In this document: positions 1-9,736 of the stretch, one piece after another
Layout: the number at the start of each line of letters is the position of its first letter
How positions within the stretch are numbered: position 1 is the first letter of the stretch
Assembly: GCA_041664285.1 (NCBI GenBank)
Contig: JBAYLA010000003.1
Coordinates: forward strand, 4,684 to 68,683
DNA from: Minisyncoccota bacterium
GTDB lineage: Bacteria > Patescibacteriota > Minisyncoccia > Phycocordibacterales > UBA9973
DNA length: 64,000 nt
Reading direction: 5' to 3'
Program-made: the position numbers and the translations under genes
The notes under the pieces: generated by a model
The model's input: the letters and a program-made list of their open reading frames with translations, nothing else
Told to the model about the DNA's origin: nothing
Database searches by the model: none

Positions 1-381
1 AGTGCCGATAATTGAAACTTGTGTGCCGATTGCTAGATCAGAGATAGTTCCATCTACTGATTTTGTAACTTTTGTATTATTGTCTACGAAAACTATTTTT
101 GATCCACCAGCGAAAGGGGTTGCTGAGCCTCCTTGGCCAACTCCTTCTGCTATTAGTTGTACTGTGATGCTGTTGGTATCTTTTGCAATAATTTGTCCAA
201 TCGTAAACCCTCCTGCGCCCCTTGCACTTCCTTTTACCCCTAGGGGACCATTTTGACCAAAAGCTTGCATGCCTTGATTTTTGGTTGGTGTTTGACTCTT
301 TCCATAAACCATACCTCCATAAAATGCTCCAACCAAAATGATAATTCCTACTATTACCAAACCAATTTTTTTATTATTCAT
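1..381 (-). CDS. hypothetical small secreted/membrane-anchored protein, 3'-truncated by window edge (N-term MNNKKIGLVIVGIIILVGAFYGG... TM/signal anchor, Gly-rich)
   Basis: Reverse-strand reading frame with ATG at 379-381 running off the window start; hydrophobic N-terminus; the listed +strand ORF 2..256 lies antisense to it and is rejected. Confidence 0.45.
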   Translation of the reverse strand, partial: MNNKKIGLVIVGIIILVGAFYGGMVYGKSQTPTKNQGMQAFGQNGPLGVKGSARGAGGFTIGQIIAKDTNSITVQLIAEGVGQGGSATPFAGGSKIVFVDNNTKVTKSVDGTISDLAIGTQVSIIGT

Positions 382-421
382 ATTTTTTATTTATCATAAT
401 AATAATTAACTAATAATTTTT

Positions 422-1648
422 TTACTCATACCTTAATGCGTCTATTGGATTTAATGAAGCTGCATGTTGAGCGGGATAGTAACCAAAAACAATGCCAATC
501 ACTGTGGATACTCCAAAAGCTAGTAAGACTGAAGACAAAGAAACTTGAGCTTGCACAATTCCCAAATAAGCTAAACTAACAGATATTAGCCAACCAAGTA
601 TTATTCCTATTGTTCCCCCAACAAACGTAATAACAACTGCTTCTGTTAAGAATTGCGTATTGATGTCTTTACGTTTGGCTCCAATGGCTTTGCGTAAACC
701 TATCTCTCTCGTACGTTCTGTTACAGTGGTTAGCATCATATTCATAATTCCAATTCCTCCTACTAGAAGAGAAATACCTGCAACAGCAGCGAGAAGAGTG
801 GTGAAAGTGCTTGTAACACTTGAGGCGGTAGCGAGAATATCAGCTTGATTCATTGTGCCAAAATCAGCTTTGGTCGAATCTATAATATTATGACGATCAA
901 GCAATAATGTTGTTATGTCTACTTGGACTTGGCTAGAAGCATCAGAACTTTCTGCAGAAACATCAATTTCACTTAAATATTTATTGCCAGATAGATATCT
1001 TTGAGCGGTCGTATAAGGTATATAAACTATGTCGTCACTATTACTAAAACCAGAACCCCCTTTTGATTTTGTGATACCGATTACTTTATATTCCGAACCA
1101 GAAATACGAATTTTTTGACCAACAACATCAGTAACATTTTCGCCAAATAAATCATCTCTCGTGGTTGGTCCCAAGACAGCAACTTTTGAACCGTCTTTTA
1201 CATTTTGATCTGAAATAAAATTTCCTTCATCAATTGAAACGTTACGAACGGTTGCATAAGATGGTTCAGTCCCCATTATGCTGGTATTAGTGTTTGTTCC
1301 TGAAGCAGTTATTTGTTTACGCGAAGAAACTTCCCTTACTACTCCAGCGACATTTGAAATCTGGGTTTCTATTGCATCAGCATCTTCTAAGGTTAATGTT
1401 TGAGCTCCACCACGAGCAGCATTTGGACCACCACTAAAAGAACGAGTAGCTCCAGGAGTAATCATAATTAAATTTGCTCCAATTGATTCAATACTCGAAG
1501 AAATTGAATTTTTTGAACCTTGACCAATTGCGGTCATGGCAATAACTGAAGCAATACCAATAACAACACCAAGCATAGTAAGCCCTGTTCTAACTTTGTT
1601 TGAAAAAAGTGCACTATATGTTTCTTCTAAAATGTCTTTTATTTTCAT
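422..1648 (-). CDS. ABC transporter permease, MacB/FtsX family
   Basis: N-terminal TM helix, large periplasmic domain, C-terminal FtsX-like 3-TM bundle; translationally coupled to upstream ATPase (stop/start overlap). Confidence 0.9.
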   Translation of the reverse strand: MKIKDILEETYSALFSNKVRTGLTMLGVVIGIASVIAMTAIGQGSKNSISSSIESIGANLIMITPGATRSFSGGPNAARGGAQTLTLEDADAIETQISNVAGVVREVSSRKQITASGTNTNTSIMGTEPSYATVRNVSIDEGNFISDQNVKDGSKVAVLGPTTRDDLFGENVTDVVGQKIRISGSEYKVIGITKSKGGSGFSNSDDIVYIPYTTAQRYLSGNKYLSEIDVSAESSDASSQVQVDITTLLLDRHNIIDSTKADFGTMNQADILATASSVTSTFTTLLAAVAGISLLVGGIGIMNMMLTTVTERTREIGLRKAIGAKRKDINTQFLTEAVVITFVGGTIGIILGWLISVSLAYLGIVQAQVSLSSVLLAFGVSTVIGIVFGYYPAQHAASLNPIDALRYE

Positions 1649-2328
1649 AAAGTTTTTTTATCACTTAATATCATTCCATCTTTGATATGGATAATTCTAT
1701 CTGCATGCTCTGCAACATCTTGTTCGTGGGTGATAAGAATAATTGTACGACCCAAATCACGATTTAATTTTTGAAAGGTAGCTAAAACAATTTCTCCGGT
1801 TTTTGTATCAAGGTTTCCAGTTGGTTCATCTGCCAGAATAAGTGCTGGATTATTTACAAGGGCGCGGGCAATAGCTACACGTTGAATTTGTCCGCCGGAA
1901 AGTTGGTTGGAAAGATGTCCAAAATGACTTTCTCCCAGCCCAGCGTCAAACAACGCTTTTTTCGCACGTTGATCTCGTTCAGCGCCATGAATCCCTTCAT
2001 AAACAAGCGGTAAGGAAACATTTCGCAAAACTGTTGTGCGTGGCAAAAGATTGAATGATTGAAAAACAAATCCAATTTTATCTCTTCTGATATCTGCCAG
2101 TTCGTCGTCGGAAAGAGTGGAAACATCTTTTCCGTCAAGAAAATAAGTTCCAGAAGAAGGACTATCAAGCGCCCCTAAGATATGCATCAGAGTTGATTTA
2201 CCAGATCCGGATGGTCCCATAATGGCAACATATTCTCCATTTTTAATAGTGAAAGTTATATTATTTAGGGCTTTGAAATCTTCTTCCCCGCTTTTGTATA
2301 TTTTGGTAATATTTTTAATTTCAATCAT
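1645..2328 (-). CDS. ABC transporter ATP-binding protein (MacB/LolD-like)
   Basis: Walker [10 protein letters not shown], signature [15 protein letters not shown], Walker [13 protein letters not shown]-loop. Confidence 0.95.
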   Translation of the reverse strand: MIEIKNITKIYKSGEEDFKALNNITFTIKNGEYVAIMGPSGSGKSTLMHILGALDSPSSGTYFLDGKDVSTLSDDELADIRRDKIGFVFQSFNLLPRTTVLRNVSLPLVYEGIHGAERDQRAKKALFDAGLGESHFGHLSNQLSGGQIQRVAIARALVNNPALILADEPTGNLDTKTGEIVLATFQKLNRDLGRTIILITHEQDVAEHADRIIHIKDGMILSDKKTL

Positions 2329-2334
2329 AAAAAA

Positions 2335-3960
2335 TTACATTCCCGGAGGACCTCCTCCACCTAACAAACTTTTAGTGCTAGTGGTACTGTTTTTAGTGGT
2401 ACTAGTGCTAGTGACAGTACGAGAAACAACCTGATCTCCTTCTTTTAGCCCTGAAATAATTTCTGTGTTGGTGTCGTCAGAAACTCCAATTTCTACTGTT
2501 ACTTGATTAGGAGCTATACTAGAAGGTGTTCCTTGGGAACCTGTACTGGGGGCGGGAAGTGGAGTAGCAAACATCAAAACATATTTCACAGTGCCTTGAG
2601 TTTTTATTGCACTAGAAGGAATCATAAGCGTATTTGTTTTTGAATCAGTAATAATTGAAGCAGAAACGCTCATACCTGGTTTTATTTGATCATTTTCTGT
2701 GTCAAAAGCAATTTTTATACTATACGACACAACACCGCTAGAAACTGTTCCCATAGTATCAATTTCTGCCACAGATCCGGTCATTGATAGATTTTCTATT
2801 GCATCAAAAGTAATTGTTGCTTTTTGTCCAAGTTTTATTTTTGCCACATCTACTTCGTTCATTGAAAGAGTAGCAATTTTTTTATTAGTGATTATTGAAC
2901 CAAGTGTACCTGAAGCAGTGTCTCCAACCTTAGCAGAGACGCTTGCAATTGTTCCATCAAAAGGTGCAGAAACATAATAATCAGCTAAAGCTTGTTGCGC
3001 ATCAGCTAAAGCATTTTGTTTTTGAGTGACAGTAATCAAAGCGTTTTGCATGTCAATATCATTACTTGGGATAGAGTCTTTATAACTTTGAATATTTTCT
3101 TTAGCGGTGAGTAAAGCAGAGCTGTGTCCATTGATCGTATTTGTATATCCAGATAAAGTACTTTGGGCTGAAGTAAAATCAGATGAGCGTCCTGTATTTT
3201 CTGCTAAATAATTAACATAATTGTTCAAATCTTTTATAGCATTGGATAAAAGTTGAGTTGTGTCGTAAGTTTTACTAATCAAGGCATCAATCTCACTTTG
3301 CTTAGAATTATAATCTAGAGTATTGAAATCATTTTTGTTTTTATCATAGGCTGTTTGGGCGGTATAATAAGCTGTTTCTGCTGTAGTTCTGTAATCTATT
3401 GCAGTTTTTCCACTGTTTCGTGCGGCATTATCTGACAGGGTTCCCTGAGCTAAAAGATTTTGAATTCCATTTAAAGTAGAAGGTAGATCTAAGAAAGTAG
3501 TCGAAACAGTGTTAAAACCATCAACATAAACTTTGGTTAAGCTTGCATTGGTGTTATCGTTAGAGTTTTGAATTTGAAGTTTCTGTAAAGATAAATTTGC
3601 ACTTTGCAAACTTATTTTGGCATCTCGGATAGTTTTTTCTGCATCAGAATTGTCGATTGAAAAAAGTGTTTTACCTTTTGTAACTTTATCACCAGCTTTT
3701 ACTCCTACATGAGTAATTGTTCCAGAAACTTTTGCAATCAAATCAATTTGGCTAGAGCTTTCTACTTGTCCACTTGCGGTAATAGAGGAGATAATCGTTC
3801 CTTTTTGTACTTTTGTTGTAATATATTGTGTTTCTCCGGCAGAACTGGTTATCTTTATATAAATTGAATATCCTCCATACAAAACAGCTATTATTATAAT
3901 TATACTAATAATTTTATGCGCAATGGCAAAGGCTTTAATCTTCAAGAAAAAGTTTTTCAT
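2335..3960 (-). CDS. efflux periplasmic adaptor (HlyD/MacA membrane-fusion family)
   Basis: N-terminal TM anchor, long coiled-coil hairpin region, lipoyl/beta-barrel-like segments; first gene of adaptor-ATPase-permease operon; C-terminal Thr/Ser/Gly/Pro-rich tail. Confidence 0.85.
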   Translation of the reverse strand: MKNFFLKIKAFAIAHKIISIIIIIAVLYGGYSIYIKITSSAGETQYITTKVQKGTIISSITASGQVESSSQIDLIAKVSGTITHVGVKAGDKVTKGKTLFSIDNSDAEKTIRDAKISLQSANLSLQKLQIQNSNDNTNASLTKVYVDGFNTVSTTFLDLPSTLNGIQNLLAQGTLSDNAARNSGKTAIDYRTTAETAYYTAQTAYDKNKNDFNTLDYNSKQSEIDALISKTYDTTQLLSNAIKDLNNYVNYLAENTGRSSDFTSAQSTLSGYTNTINGHSSALLTAKENIQSYKDSIPSNDIDMQNALITVTQKQNALADAQQALADYYVSAPFDGTIASVSAKVGDTASGTLGSIITNKKIATLSMNEVDVAKIKLGQKATITFDAIENLSMTGSVAEIDTMGTVSSGVVSYSIKIAFDTENDQIKPGMSVSASIITDSKTNTLMIPSSAIKTQGTVKYVLMFATPLPAPSTGSQGTPSSIAPNQVTVEIGVSDDTNTEIISGLKEGDQVVSRTVTSTSTTKNSTTSTKSLLGGGGPPGM

Positions 3961-3974
3961 ATAATTATAATTTA

Positions 3975-4478
3975 TTATTGTATTGGTGTTAGTGCCTGAG
4001 GGGGAGGAGGAGGGATAGGCATACCAGCTGGCATTATTCTGATAAGTTTCGCCTCTATTTGGCCTTGAGCATTTGGAGATCCGATAATCACAACAAAATC
4101 ATCAATTATAAGGTCGCTAGCCTTAATTTCTGACATCATTTTTTGTATTTTTGTATCATCTTTTAGTAGAATTACTTTTTCTGTATTATCTTTGTCCTGG
4201 ACGATGATTGTCGGCAAAGTTATTTTTATTATTTTACCAATAGCTCCATTGGCATTTGGGAAATTATCTTGACCAAACATCGGACGATTGGGCCTCATTC
4301 CGAAATTATGTTCATAATTGTCTCCCCATGCACGTCCGAAAGATGCCTTACGAAAACCGACTGTGATTCCAGCTGAAAAGATTAGCAGGGCAACTATAAT
4401 AACCCCAAGTACACACAAAACTTTTAAAGTGATTCTTGATTCAAAAACTTTTTTTATATCCTCGTATATTTTTTTCAT
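3975..4478 (-). CDS. hypothetical membrane-anchored protein
   Basis: single N-terminal TM helix; C-terminal poly-Pro tail (PIPPPPPQALTPIQ); no recognised domain. Confidence 0.5.
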   Translation of the reverse strand: MKKIYEDIKKVFESRITLKVLCVLGVIIVALLIFSAGITVGFRKASFGRAWGDNYEHNFGMRPNRPMFGQDNFPNANGAIGKIIKITLPTIIVQDKDNTEKVILLKDDTKIQKMMSEIKASDLIIDDFVVIIGSPNAQGQIEAKLIRIMPAGMPIPPPPPQALTPIQ

Positions 4479-4494
4479 TTTTTATATAGCTTAA

Positions 4495-4899
4495 TTAAGC
4501 CGTTAATAATAATTGATTTCTAATAATTTGTTTCATTAAATATTTTAATGATAAAAAGAAAATAAAAACTAAAGAAAGAGTAAAAACTATACTTAATACA
4601 GGTAAGGACTCTGCAAGAGAGAACACAAATTCTCTCCAAGCAGAAAGGATTAATCCACTATCAGAAAAAGCCAAAGATAGGTATTCATAAAAACCAGATT
4701 GGGCTAAATCACTCCCTAATATTTTAAAGGCTGGCACTAATCCAACCAAAGAGGTGATTCCCACTAAAACAAAAAGCCATAATTTTATTTGAGTATTATG
4801 TTTTTCACGCTTCACTAGAGTAAGCCAAATATTTTGACTTAAATTAAGGTTTTCTTCATACTTAGCTTTTTGAAACACCTTAGTTAATCTGTCTTGCAT
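4495..4899 (-). CDS. membrane protein, putative anti-sigma factor
   Basis: Immediately downstream (same strand) of ECF sigma gene; cytoplasmic N-term followed by TM helices; assignment by position only. Confidence 0.4.
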   Translation of the reverse strand: MQDRLTKVFQKAKYEENLNLSQNIWLTLVKREKHNTQIKLWLFVLVGITSLVGLVPAFKILGSDLAQSGFYEYLSLAFSDSGLILSAWREFVFSLAESLPVLSIVFTLSLVFIFFLSLKYLMKQIIRNQLLLTA

Positions 4900-4961
4900 A
4901 TATAGAAGGGTATACGTAACAGCAAGTCATTTTGGTGCAAGATCTTGGAAAATTATAAATT

Positions 4962-5045
4962 AAACTTTTTTCGGTACGGATTTTTTGAAGCTTAAAAAAT
5001 CCTGAAGTTTTTGCGCCGTCGCGCTCAAAACCCCTTCAAAAGTTT
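4962..5045. repeat. copy A of a ~90-110 bp intergenic repeat element (palindromic core GGATTTTTTGAAGCTTAAAAAATCC; ends AAACTTTT...AAAAGTTT)
   Basis: Near-identical to reverse complement of 45831-45912 and to 63727-63819; overlaps stop codon of sigma gene. Confidence 0.6.
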
Positions 5046-5619
5046 ATTTATAATTTTCCAACATCCTTCGCATTTCTATAATAGCTCTACGGTGAATACT
5101 TTTAACAGTATTTAGTGGTTTGTTTAAAATACGCCCTATTTCTTCAAAAGTCATTTCTTCTTGATAATGGAGAATTAAAACTTCTTGGTAACCTGGACGA
5201 AGTTTCGCTAGTATTTTATTTAAAAAAATGCTATCTTCCAATTTTTGCAGAGCTTCTTCTGGTAACAAGTTTTCATCTGGTATCTTTTCAGCTAAAGAAT
5301 CTATATCTTCATCATCTTCGTTTTTTATATCAGAAAATAATAAGCTCTTCTTTTTTCTTAAAAAATCGGTCACAGCATTTCTGGCAATAATAAAAATCCA
5401 AGTTTTAAAGCTTGCTTTTCGTAGATCAAAACGCGCAATATTTTTCCAAGCTTTTATAAAAATTTCTTGAACTAGGTCAGATGCCTCATTTTTGTTGGTG
5501 AGGCGCGCAGTAAAATTATAAAGTGGTGTTGTATAGCGAGTGATTAAAACTTTAAACGCTTCTTCGTCACCATTTTTATACAAAACAATGATTTCTTCAT
5601 CTGATTCATTTGATAGCAT
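5044..5619 (-). CDS. RNA polymerase ECF-type sigma-70 family factor
   Basis: Region 2 (LVQEIFIKAWKNIARFD...FKTWIFIIARNA) and region 4 HTH (MTFEEIGRILNKPLNTVKSIHRRAI). Confidence 0.9.
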   Translation of the reverse strand: MLSNESDEEIIVLYKNGDEEAFKVLITRYTTPLYNFTARLTNKNEASDLVQEIFIKAWKNIARFDLRKASFKTWIFIIARNAVTDFLRKKKSLLFSDIKNEDDEDIDSLAEKIPDENLLPEEALQKLEDSIFLNKILAKLRPGYQEVLILHYQEEMTFEEIGRILNKPLNTVKSIHRRAIIEMRRMLENYK

Positions 5620-5628
5620 TTTCTAAAT

Positions 5629-5681
5629 ATACCCCCACCCCTATTTAAAATCAAAGAATATAAAAATAGGTGTGGGGGTAT
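5629..5681. repeat. GC-rich palindromic hairpin element, CCCCCAC-core family (ATACCCCCACCCCTATTT / AAATAGGTGTGGGGGTAT, 18-nt loop)
   Basis: Inverted repeat seen directly; right arm plus tail GTGTGGGGGTATAACATA identical to copy at 33747-33773; lies upstream of ECF sigma start. Confidence 0.6.
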
Positions 5682-5693
5682 AACATAAAAAAA

Positions 5694-5719
5694 CTCCGAC
5701 CAGAGGTTGGAGTTTTTTT
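5694..5719. terminator. bidirectional rho-independent terminator (CTCCGACC-AGA-GGTTGGAG flanked by A6/T7)
   Basis: 8-bp stem with flanking T-run on + strand and A-run (T-run on - strand); 10 nt downstream of surface-protein gene 3' end. Confidence 0.6.
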
Positions 5720-5729
5720 ATGTTGCTTC

Positions 5730-8078
5730 TTATTGCACTGTAGTGGTTGTAGTTTTCTTACCAGATGGAAGATCAGAAATAACTGTAGTTTTTTTACGGA
5801 AAGACTGATCAAAAATGTATCTAGCTAAAAATGCAAGGATGAGGATCAAGATAAGCAATAGAAGCCATCCGAATAGATTTGTTGGAAGAAAGCCAGCTCC
5901 AAATACGTTTGCTCCAAGTGGTAAGATAGTTGTTTCATCTTTTGTTGCACTCCAGACTTGGGCAGAAACATTAGCATTGACTGATTGAGGTTGTCCAGCA
6001 GGGTCTGTATAACTTAAAGTTGCAGGGAAGTTCAAATTTGTTCCTTCAGCAATATTGTCTCGGACTCGAGTTTTGATGGTAACAGTTCCTTGACCATTGG
6101 CCTTCAGAGTTCCTAAAGTAAAGATTAAAGTATTTCCAGATCTATTTGGGTTATTTGGATTTGAAGAAATGTAATCTACTTCATAGGGAAGATCTACCCT
6201 TAGGGTAAGATTAGAAATTGCTCCTGTGCCTATATTTTGATAGCTGACGGTGTAGTTAATTTCATCTCCAGGACGTGGTCTAGTGTTGTCTATCGTCGGA
6301 ACGATTGGTTGGTTGCGATCAACAGAAGAGGTAATAAGGACAAGTGAAGTCGGAATAGGTTTTGGATTAACGATTGTTTGATTACGAACGGTTATTGTTT
6401 CTGAATCTACAGCAGTCCCGAAATTATTACTACAGGTAAGGGTAAAAGTTCTACTGCCTGTTAATGATCCAGTGTAGAAACTTCCTGGACCAATGCTTTT
6501 TGTTCCTGCCCATCCAACAGATCCTCCTGATGCATTACAATAAGTCGCATTGGTAGTAATCCAACGAAGAGTAGCAGAACCGTTGTAGGCTACATTTGTC
6601 TGATCGGAATAAAGCACTACTGTTGGACGATTGTTAACAACAATATTATATCTGCAAGGGAGTACTCCGCCGTAATTTATGGCACTTGTATCTCGGCAAG
6701 TTTGAATAATGTATGTACAAGGCAGTACACCTCCGTAATTATTAGCATTTATATCTTGGCAAGTTTGAATGTAGTTATTATATCTGCATGGCAATACTCC
6801 ACCATAATTTATAGCACTTGTATCTCGGCAAGTTTGAATGTATGTACAAGGTAATGTTCCTCCATAATTGTTGGCACTTGTGTCTTGGCAAGTCTGTTGT
6901 TGATATTGGTTTACATAAACAGTGGCTGCAGCGCTTGCTTGCTGTCCATTTGTGCCATAACAAGTGATTGTATAATTATTTGTATACGTTGGATAGACAG
7001 AAGAAGATCCGGAAGTTGCACTGCCTCCGTTCCATGAACCAGAACAATAAGATGCATTAGTAGAATTCCAAGTCAAAATTGAACTATTGCCATTCTGAAT
7101 AGAAGAAGGATTGGCATAAAGAGTGACGGTTGGAGTTTGGGTTGTTTGATTTACAGAAACAGTAGCTGAAGCACTGGCTTGCTGTCCGGTACTATTCACA
7201 CAAGTAACACTGTAAGTGGTAGTGACGTTTGGATTAACTATTCCTGATCCACTTGTAGCGGTACTGGAAGTCCAATAAGAAGAACAAGAAGTTGCGTTTG
7301 CAGAATTCCAGACTAAGGTTGAATTACCTCCATATTGAATACTAGATGGATTGGCATAAAGAGTGACGGTAGGAGTTTGCACAAAACATGCTTCATTTGT
7401 ATATGACTGAGTAGAAGATCCAGAACAATAAGCTCCACCGTTACTTGGACTTGGATTGGTGCAGGTACGAGTTTGAGTGCCTGAATATCCACATTGAGTA
7501 CTCTTAGCACTCCAGTCGCTCCAGCCACCGTTTACAGGCACTGAACATGGGGGATTTGTATATGATTGACTAGAAGGTCCAGAACAATAAGCTCCACCGT
7601 TAGCAGGAGTTGGATTGGTACAAGTACGAGTTTGAGTGCCTGAATATCCACATTGAGTACATTTAGCACTCCAATCACTCCATCCTCCGTTTACGGGAGT
7701 TGGGGCAGGGGTACAGGAAGGAGTAGTGAAATTCAAAGTATCACCAATAGCCTTGCCATATCTATTTGAAGCCATTGCTCGATAAGAATATAAACTATTT
7801 TCAGAAAGATTGTTTATTGTTGCTGAAAAAAATTGATCAGAAGAAAAAGTTTGACTTGGAGTGCTGTAGATAGTTGAATTACCTGGCCCCCAATCAAACC
7901 ATACGGTAGTAGGTGAGCCATGAGTTACAAAATCACCCTCTATTGTGGCACTATGGCAACTTAAAGCTATAGGCCCTGCCAAAGCAATTTTAGTAGGAAT
8001 TAAAGTAGAGGCAAAAAGACCAAACAGAGCAATAGCGCTTATTGTTAAAAATTTTGTTTTAAATGTTGTATTTTTCAT
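5730..8078 (-). CDS. large cell-surface protein: signal peptide, FN3-like N-domain, 2 thrombospondin type-1-like repeats, 2 Ig-like ~78-aa repeats, 4 tandem ~23-aa Cys repeats, DUF11-like domain, C-terminal TM anchor
   Basis: WSDWSAK[CS]TQCGYSGTQTRTCTNP...C x2 (TSP1 W-S-x-W-S / C-S-x-T-C-G pattern); QTC[QR]DTSA[IN]NYGG[TV]LPC[RT]Y x4; C-terminal LLLLILILILAFLA hydrophobic anchor. Confidence 0.85.
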   Translation of the reverse strand: MKNTTFKTKFLTISAIALFGLFASTLIPTKIALAGPIALSCHSATIEGDFVTHGSPTTVWFDWGPGNSTIYSTPSQTFSSDQFFSATINNLSENSLYSYRAMASNRYGKAIGDTLNFTTPSCTPAPTPVNGGWSDWSAKCTQCGYSGTQTRTCTNPTPANGGAYCSGPSSQSYTNPPCSVPVNGGWSDWSAKSTQCGYSGTQTRTCTNPSPSNGGAYCSGSSTQSYTNEACFVQTPTVTLYANPSSIQYGGNSTLVWNSANATSCSSYWTSSTATSGSGIVNPNVTTTYSVTCVNSTGQQASASATVSVNQTTQTPTVTLYANPSSIQNGNSSILTWNSTNASYCSGSWNGGSATSGSSSVYPTYTNNYTITCYGTNGQQASAAATVYVNQYQQQTCQDTSANNYGGTLPCTYIQTCRDTSAINYGGVLPCRYNNYIQTCQDINANNYGGVLPCTYIIQTCRDTSAINYGGVLPCRYNIVVNNRPTVVLYSDQTNVAYNGSATLRWITTNATYCNASGGSVGWAGTKSIGPGSFYTGSLTGSRTFTLTCSNNFGTAVDSETITVRNQTIVNPKPIPTSLVLITSSVDRNQPIVPTIDNTRPRPGDEINYTVSYQNIGTGAISNLTLRVDLPYEVDYISSNPNNPNRSGNTLIFTLGTLKANGQGTVTIKTRVRDNIAEGTNLNFPATLSYTDPAGQPQSVNANVSAQVWSATKDETTILPLGANVFGAGFLPTNLFGWLLLLILILILAFLARYIFDQSFRKKTTVISDLPSGKKTTTTTVQ
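6645..6905. repeat. four tandem ~66-69 bp coding repeats inside surface-protein gene
   Basis: DNA tandem repeats encoding QTC[QR]D...LPC[RT]Y units; coding, not CRISPR. Confidence 0.6.
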
Positions 8079-8285
8079 AATATGATTTTTATCATACTAG
8101 TTTACCTTTGTCAAGTATTACTAGATAATAATTTTAATTGTATAAAAGTAAAAATCGACATTTTTACCCTTCCGGAATTATCAATGATAAATATTAATTT
8201 CCATTAATAACTTTGGAAGGGAGAGGAGATGCATAACATCTCCTCATAGATTGATTAAAACTTATAGGAGGGATTTTAGAAGAAT

Positions 8286-8855
8286 TTAATGTGTGTTAAC
8301 GTCGGGAGGTTGTCCTCCGTCGCTACCACCTTTTGAGCCAGATAGTGCCCATACTGCTAGCCCGGTTAATATGATGCCAGCAATAGTCAACTTTCCCCAA
8401 TGCTGACTCAACAAGGATGGTTCTTCAACCTTTTTATCATCGGCGGGGATTAATGGAAGCGGGTCTTTTTTTAAAGCTTCCATTTCGCGTGTTGCGGGTT
8501 TGGTTTGCTCCTCTTTTATGAGAAACAGTTTGTTATATCCTGCGACACACCCGCAGAGATATAACTCACTTCCTTTGACCGCTACTTGAGCCTTATCAGA
8601 AAGTTCCGATAAGACTGCTTTGTTAGAACGTGTGGAATTCCAAATACGAGTCCCCACCAACTCTCCTGCTGGGGAGCACATAACACCGTCCGGCAGTTTT
8701 TTCAGTACTTGGGCTTCGGGGTATTCCACCTCCTGTCCAAACTGAAGGTACCTTCCTTGACCCGTGGGGTCAGGCCTTCCTTCTTCCGCCCAGGCTAGCA
8801 CGGAGAAGCCCAAAATTGCCGCGGCCATTATAATGGCCAAACCTAATCTTTTCAT
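8286..8855 (-). CDS. secreted/membrane-anchored hypothetical protein, compositionally atypical (GC-rich) gene
   Basis: Signal peptide MKRLGLAIIMAAAILGFSVLAWA, C-terminal TM helix; gene visibly much more GC-rich than flanks; adjacent to tRNA-Arg. Confidence 0.6.
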   Translation of the reverse strand: MKRLGLAIIMAAAILGFSVLAWAEEGRPDPTGQGRYLQFGQEVEYPEAQVLKKLPDGVMCSPAGELVGTRIWNSTRSNKAVLSELSDKAQVAVKGSELYLCGCVAGYNKLFLIKEEQTKPATREMEALKKDPLPLIPADDKKVEEPSLLSQHWGKLTIAGIILTGLAVWALSGSKGGSDGGQPPDVNTH

Positions 8856-9125
8856 CTTGTAACCTCCATTTCTAAAGAATTTTTTAGGGTTAAATCCATA
8901 ATATCGTTGGGACTATTCCCCCCCTTTTTTTGTTTTACTTACAATGTACTTTTGGGGACAACCCCCATATATTTAAAAGGATTATTCCTATTATTTTTCA
9001 AATAGAATTGTATCATAGATGGGTCAAAAAGTCAATAGTCCTAAATAGAGTATTGCTTAGCCTAAAAAATTTAATTTTTATATAAAAATCTTTGATTCTA
9101 TAATTAAATTTGAATTTTGTATTAG

Positions 9126-9197
9126 TGCCCTCGGCAGGAATCGAACCTGCATCGCAACTTCCGCAAAGTTGCGTCCTATCCATTGAACGACGAAGGC
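9126..9197 (-). tRNA. tRNA-Arg (anticodon read as GCG from my fold; 4-nt variable loop)
   Basis: Cloverleaf: acceptor GCCTTCG/CGAGGGC, D-arm GTTC-AATGGATA-GGAC, anticodon stem CAACT/AGTTG loop TTGCGGA, T-arm GCAGG-TTCGATT-CCTGC; no encoded CCA. Confidence 0.7.
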
Positions 9198-9234
9198 AAT
9201 AACTTTAGATTAACAGTTTTTTTTAAAAAGTCTA

Positions 9235-9729
9235 TCAGAACCCGAGAGCTTCCATGATTTTTTCTGAAGCGTGCTCTTTCATTTCAACTTCGGGAATATT
9301 TTTAGAAAGCATGATGGAGTGAATATCTTGCGCTATTGTTTTATCTATCGGCATAGAAATAATTGGCATGAAAGCTCTTTCTGAATGTATAAAAAATATT
9401 GGTTTTAGATCCGTTTCTTCCTTGAGGTCTACTTGAATCCAAAAAGATTTTATATTTTCATAAGGATAAAGACGATTTCTGATTGTTAAGCCCTTTTGAT
9501 TTAATTCATAAGTAACCATATCTGGTTTTTTAATGGCAAAAAATCCTAACAAGACTCCAGATAGTATTAAAAGTACTGCAAAAAAATAATTTTCAAAAAT
9601 AATAGAGGCGATGGAACTGGTTACCACAATAATTCCGAGAGCCCAAAACCAATCAGGGCTGCGATCCTTTTCTTCGTATTCTAAAGCAGACCAAATTAAT
9701 TTTTCATCAGAGTTTTCAATTATTTCCAT
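9235..9729 (-). CDS. hypothetical membrane protein
   Basis: two TM helices after acidic N-terminus; no recognised domain. Confidence 0.5.
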   Translation of the reverse strand: MEIIENSDEKLIWSALEYEEKDRSPDWFWALGIIVVTSSIASIIFENYFFAVLLILSGVLLGFFAIKKPDMVTYELNQKGLTIRNRLYPYENIKSFWIQVDLKEETDLKPIFFIHSERAFMPIISMPIDKTIAQDIHSIMLSKNIPEVEMKEHASEKIMEALGF

Positions 9730-9736
9730 AGAATAA

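Noticed and set aside
2-256. Listed +strand ORF (84 aa)
   Set aside because: Antisense to a longer, better-formed minus-strand ORF (ATG at 381) with a plausible signal-anchor. Composition is Pro/Ala-rich and typical of reverse-strand artefacts.
6645-7700. Tandem DNA repeats considered as a CRISPR array
   Set aside because: Repeats are in-frame coding units of the surface protein. They are unequal and imperfect, with no spacers of unique sequence and no cas genes.
8221-8245. Hairpin GAGGAGATG-cataa-CATCTCCTC as terminator of the GC-rich gene
   Set aside because: No T-run on either strand; kept only as a supporting observation for the islet.
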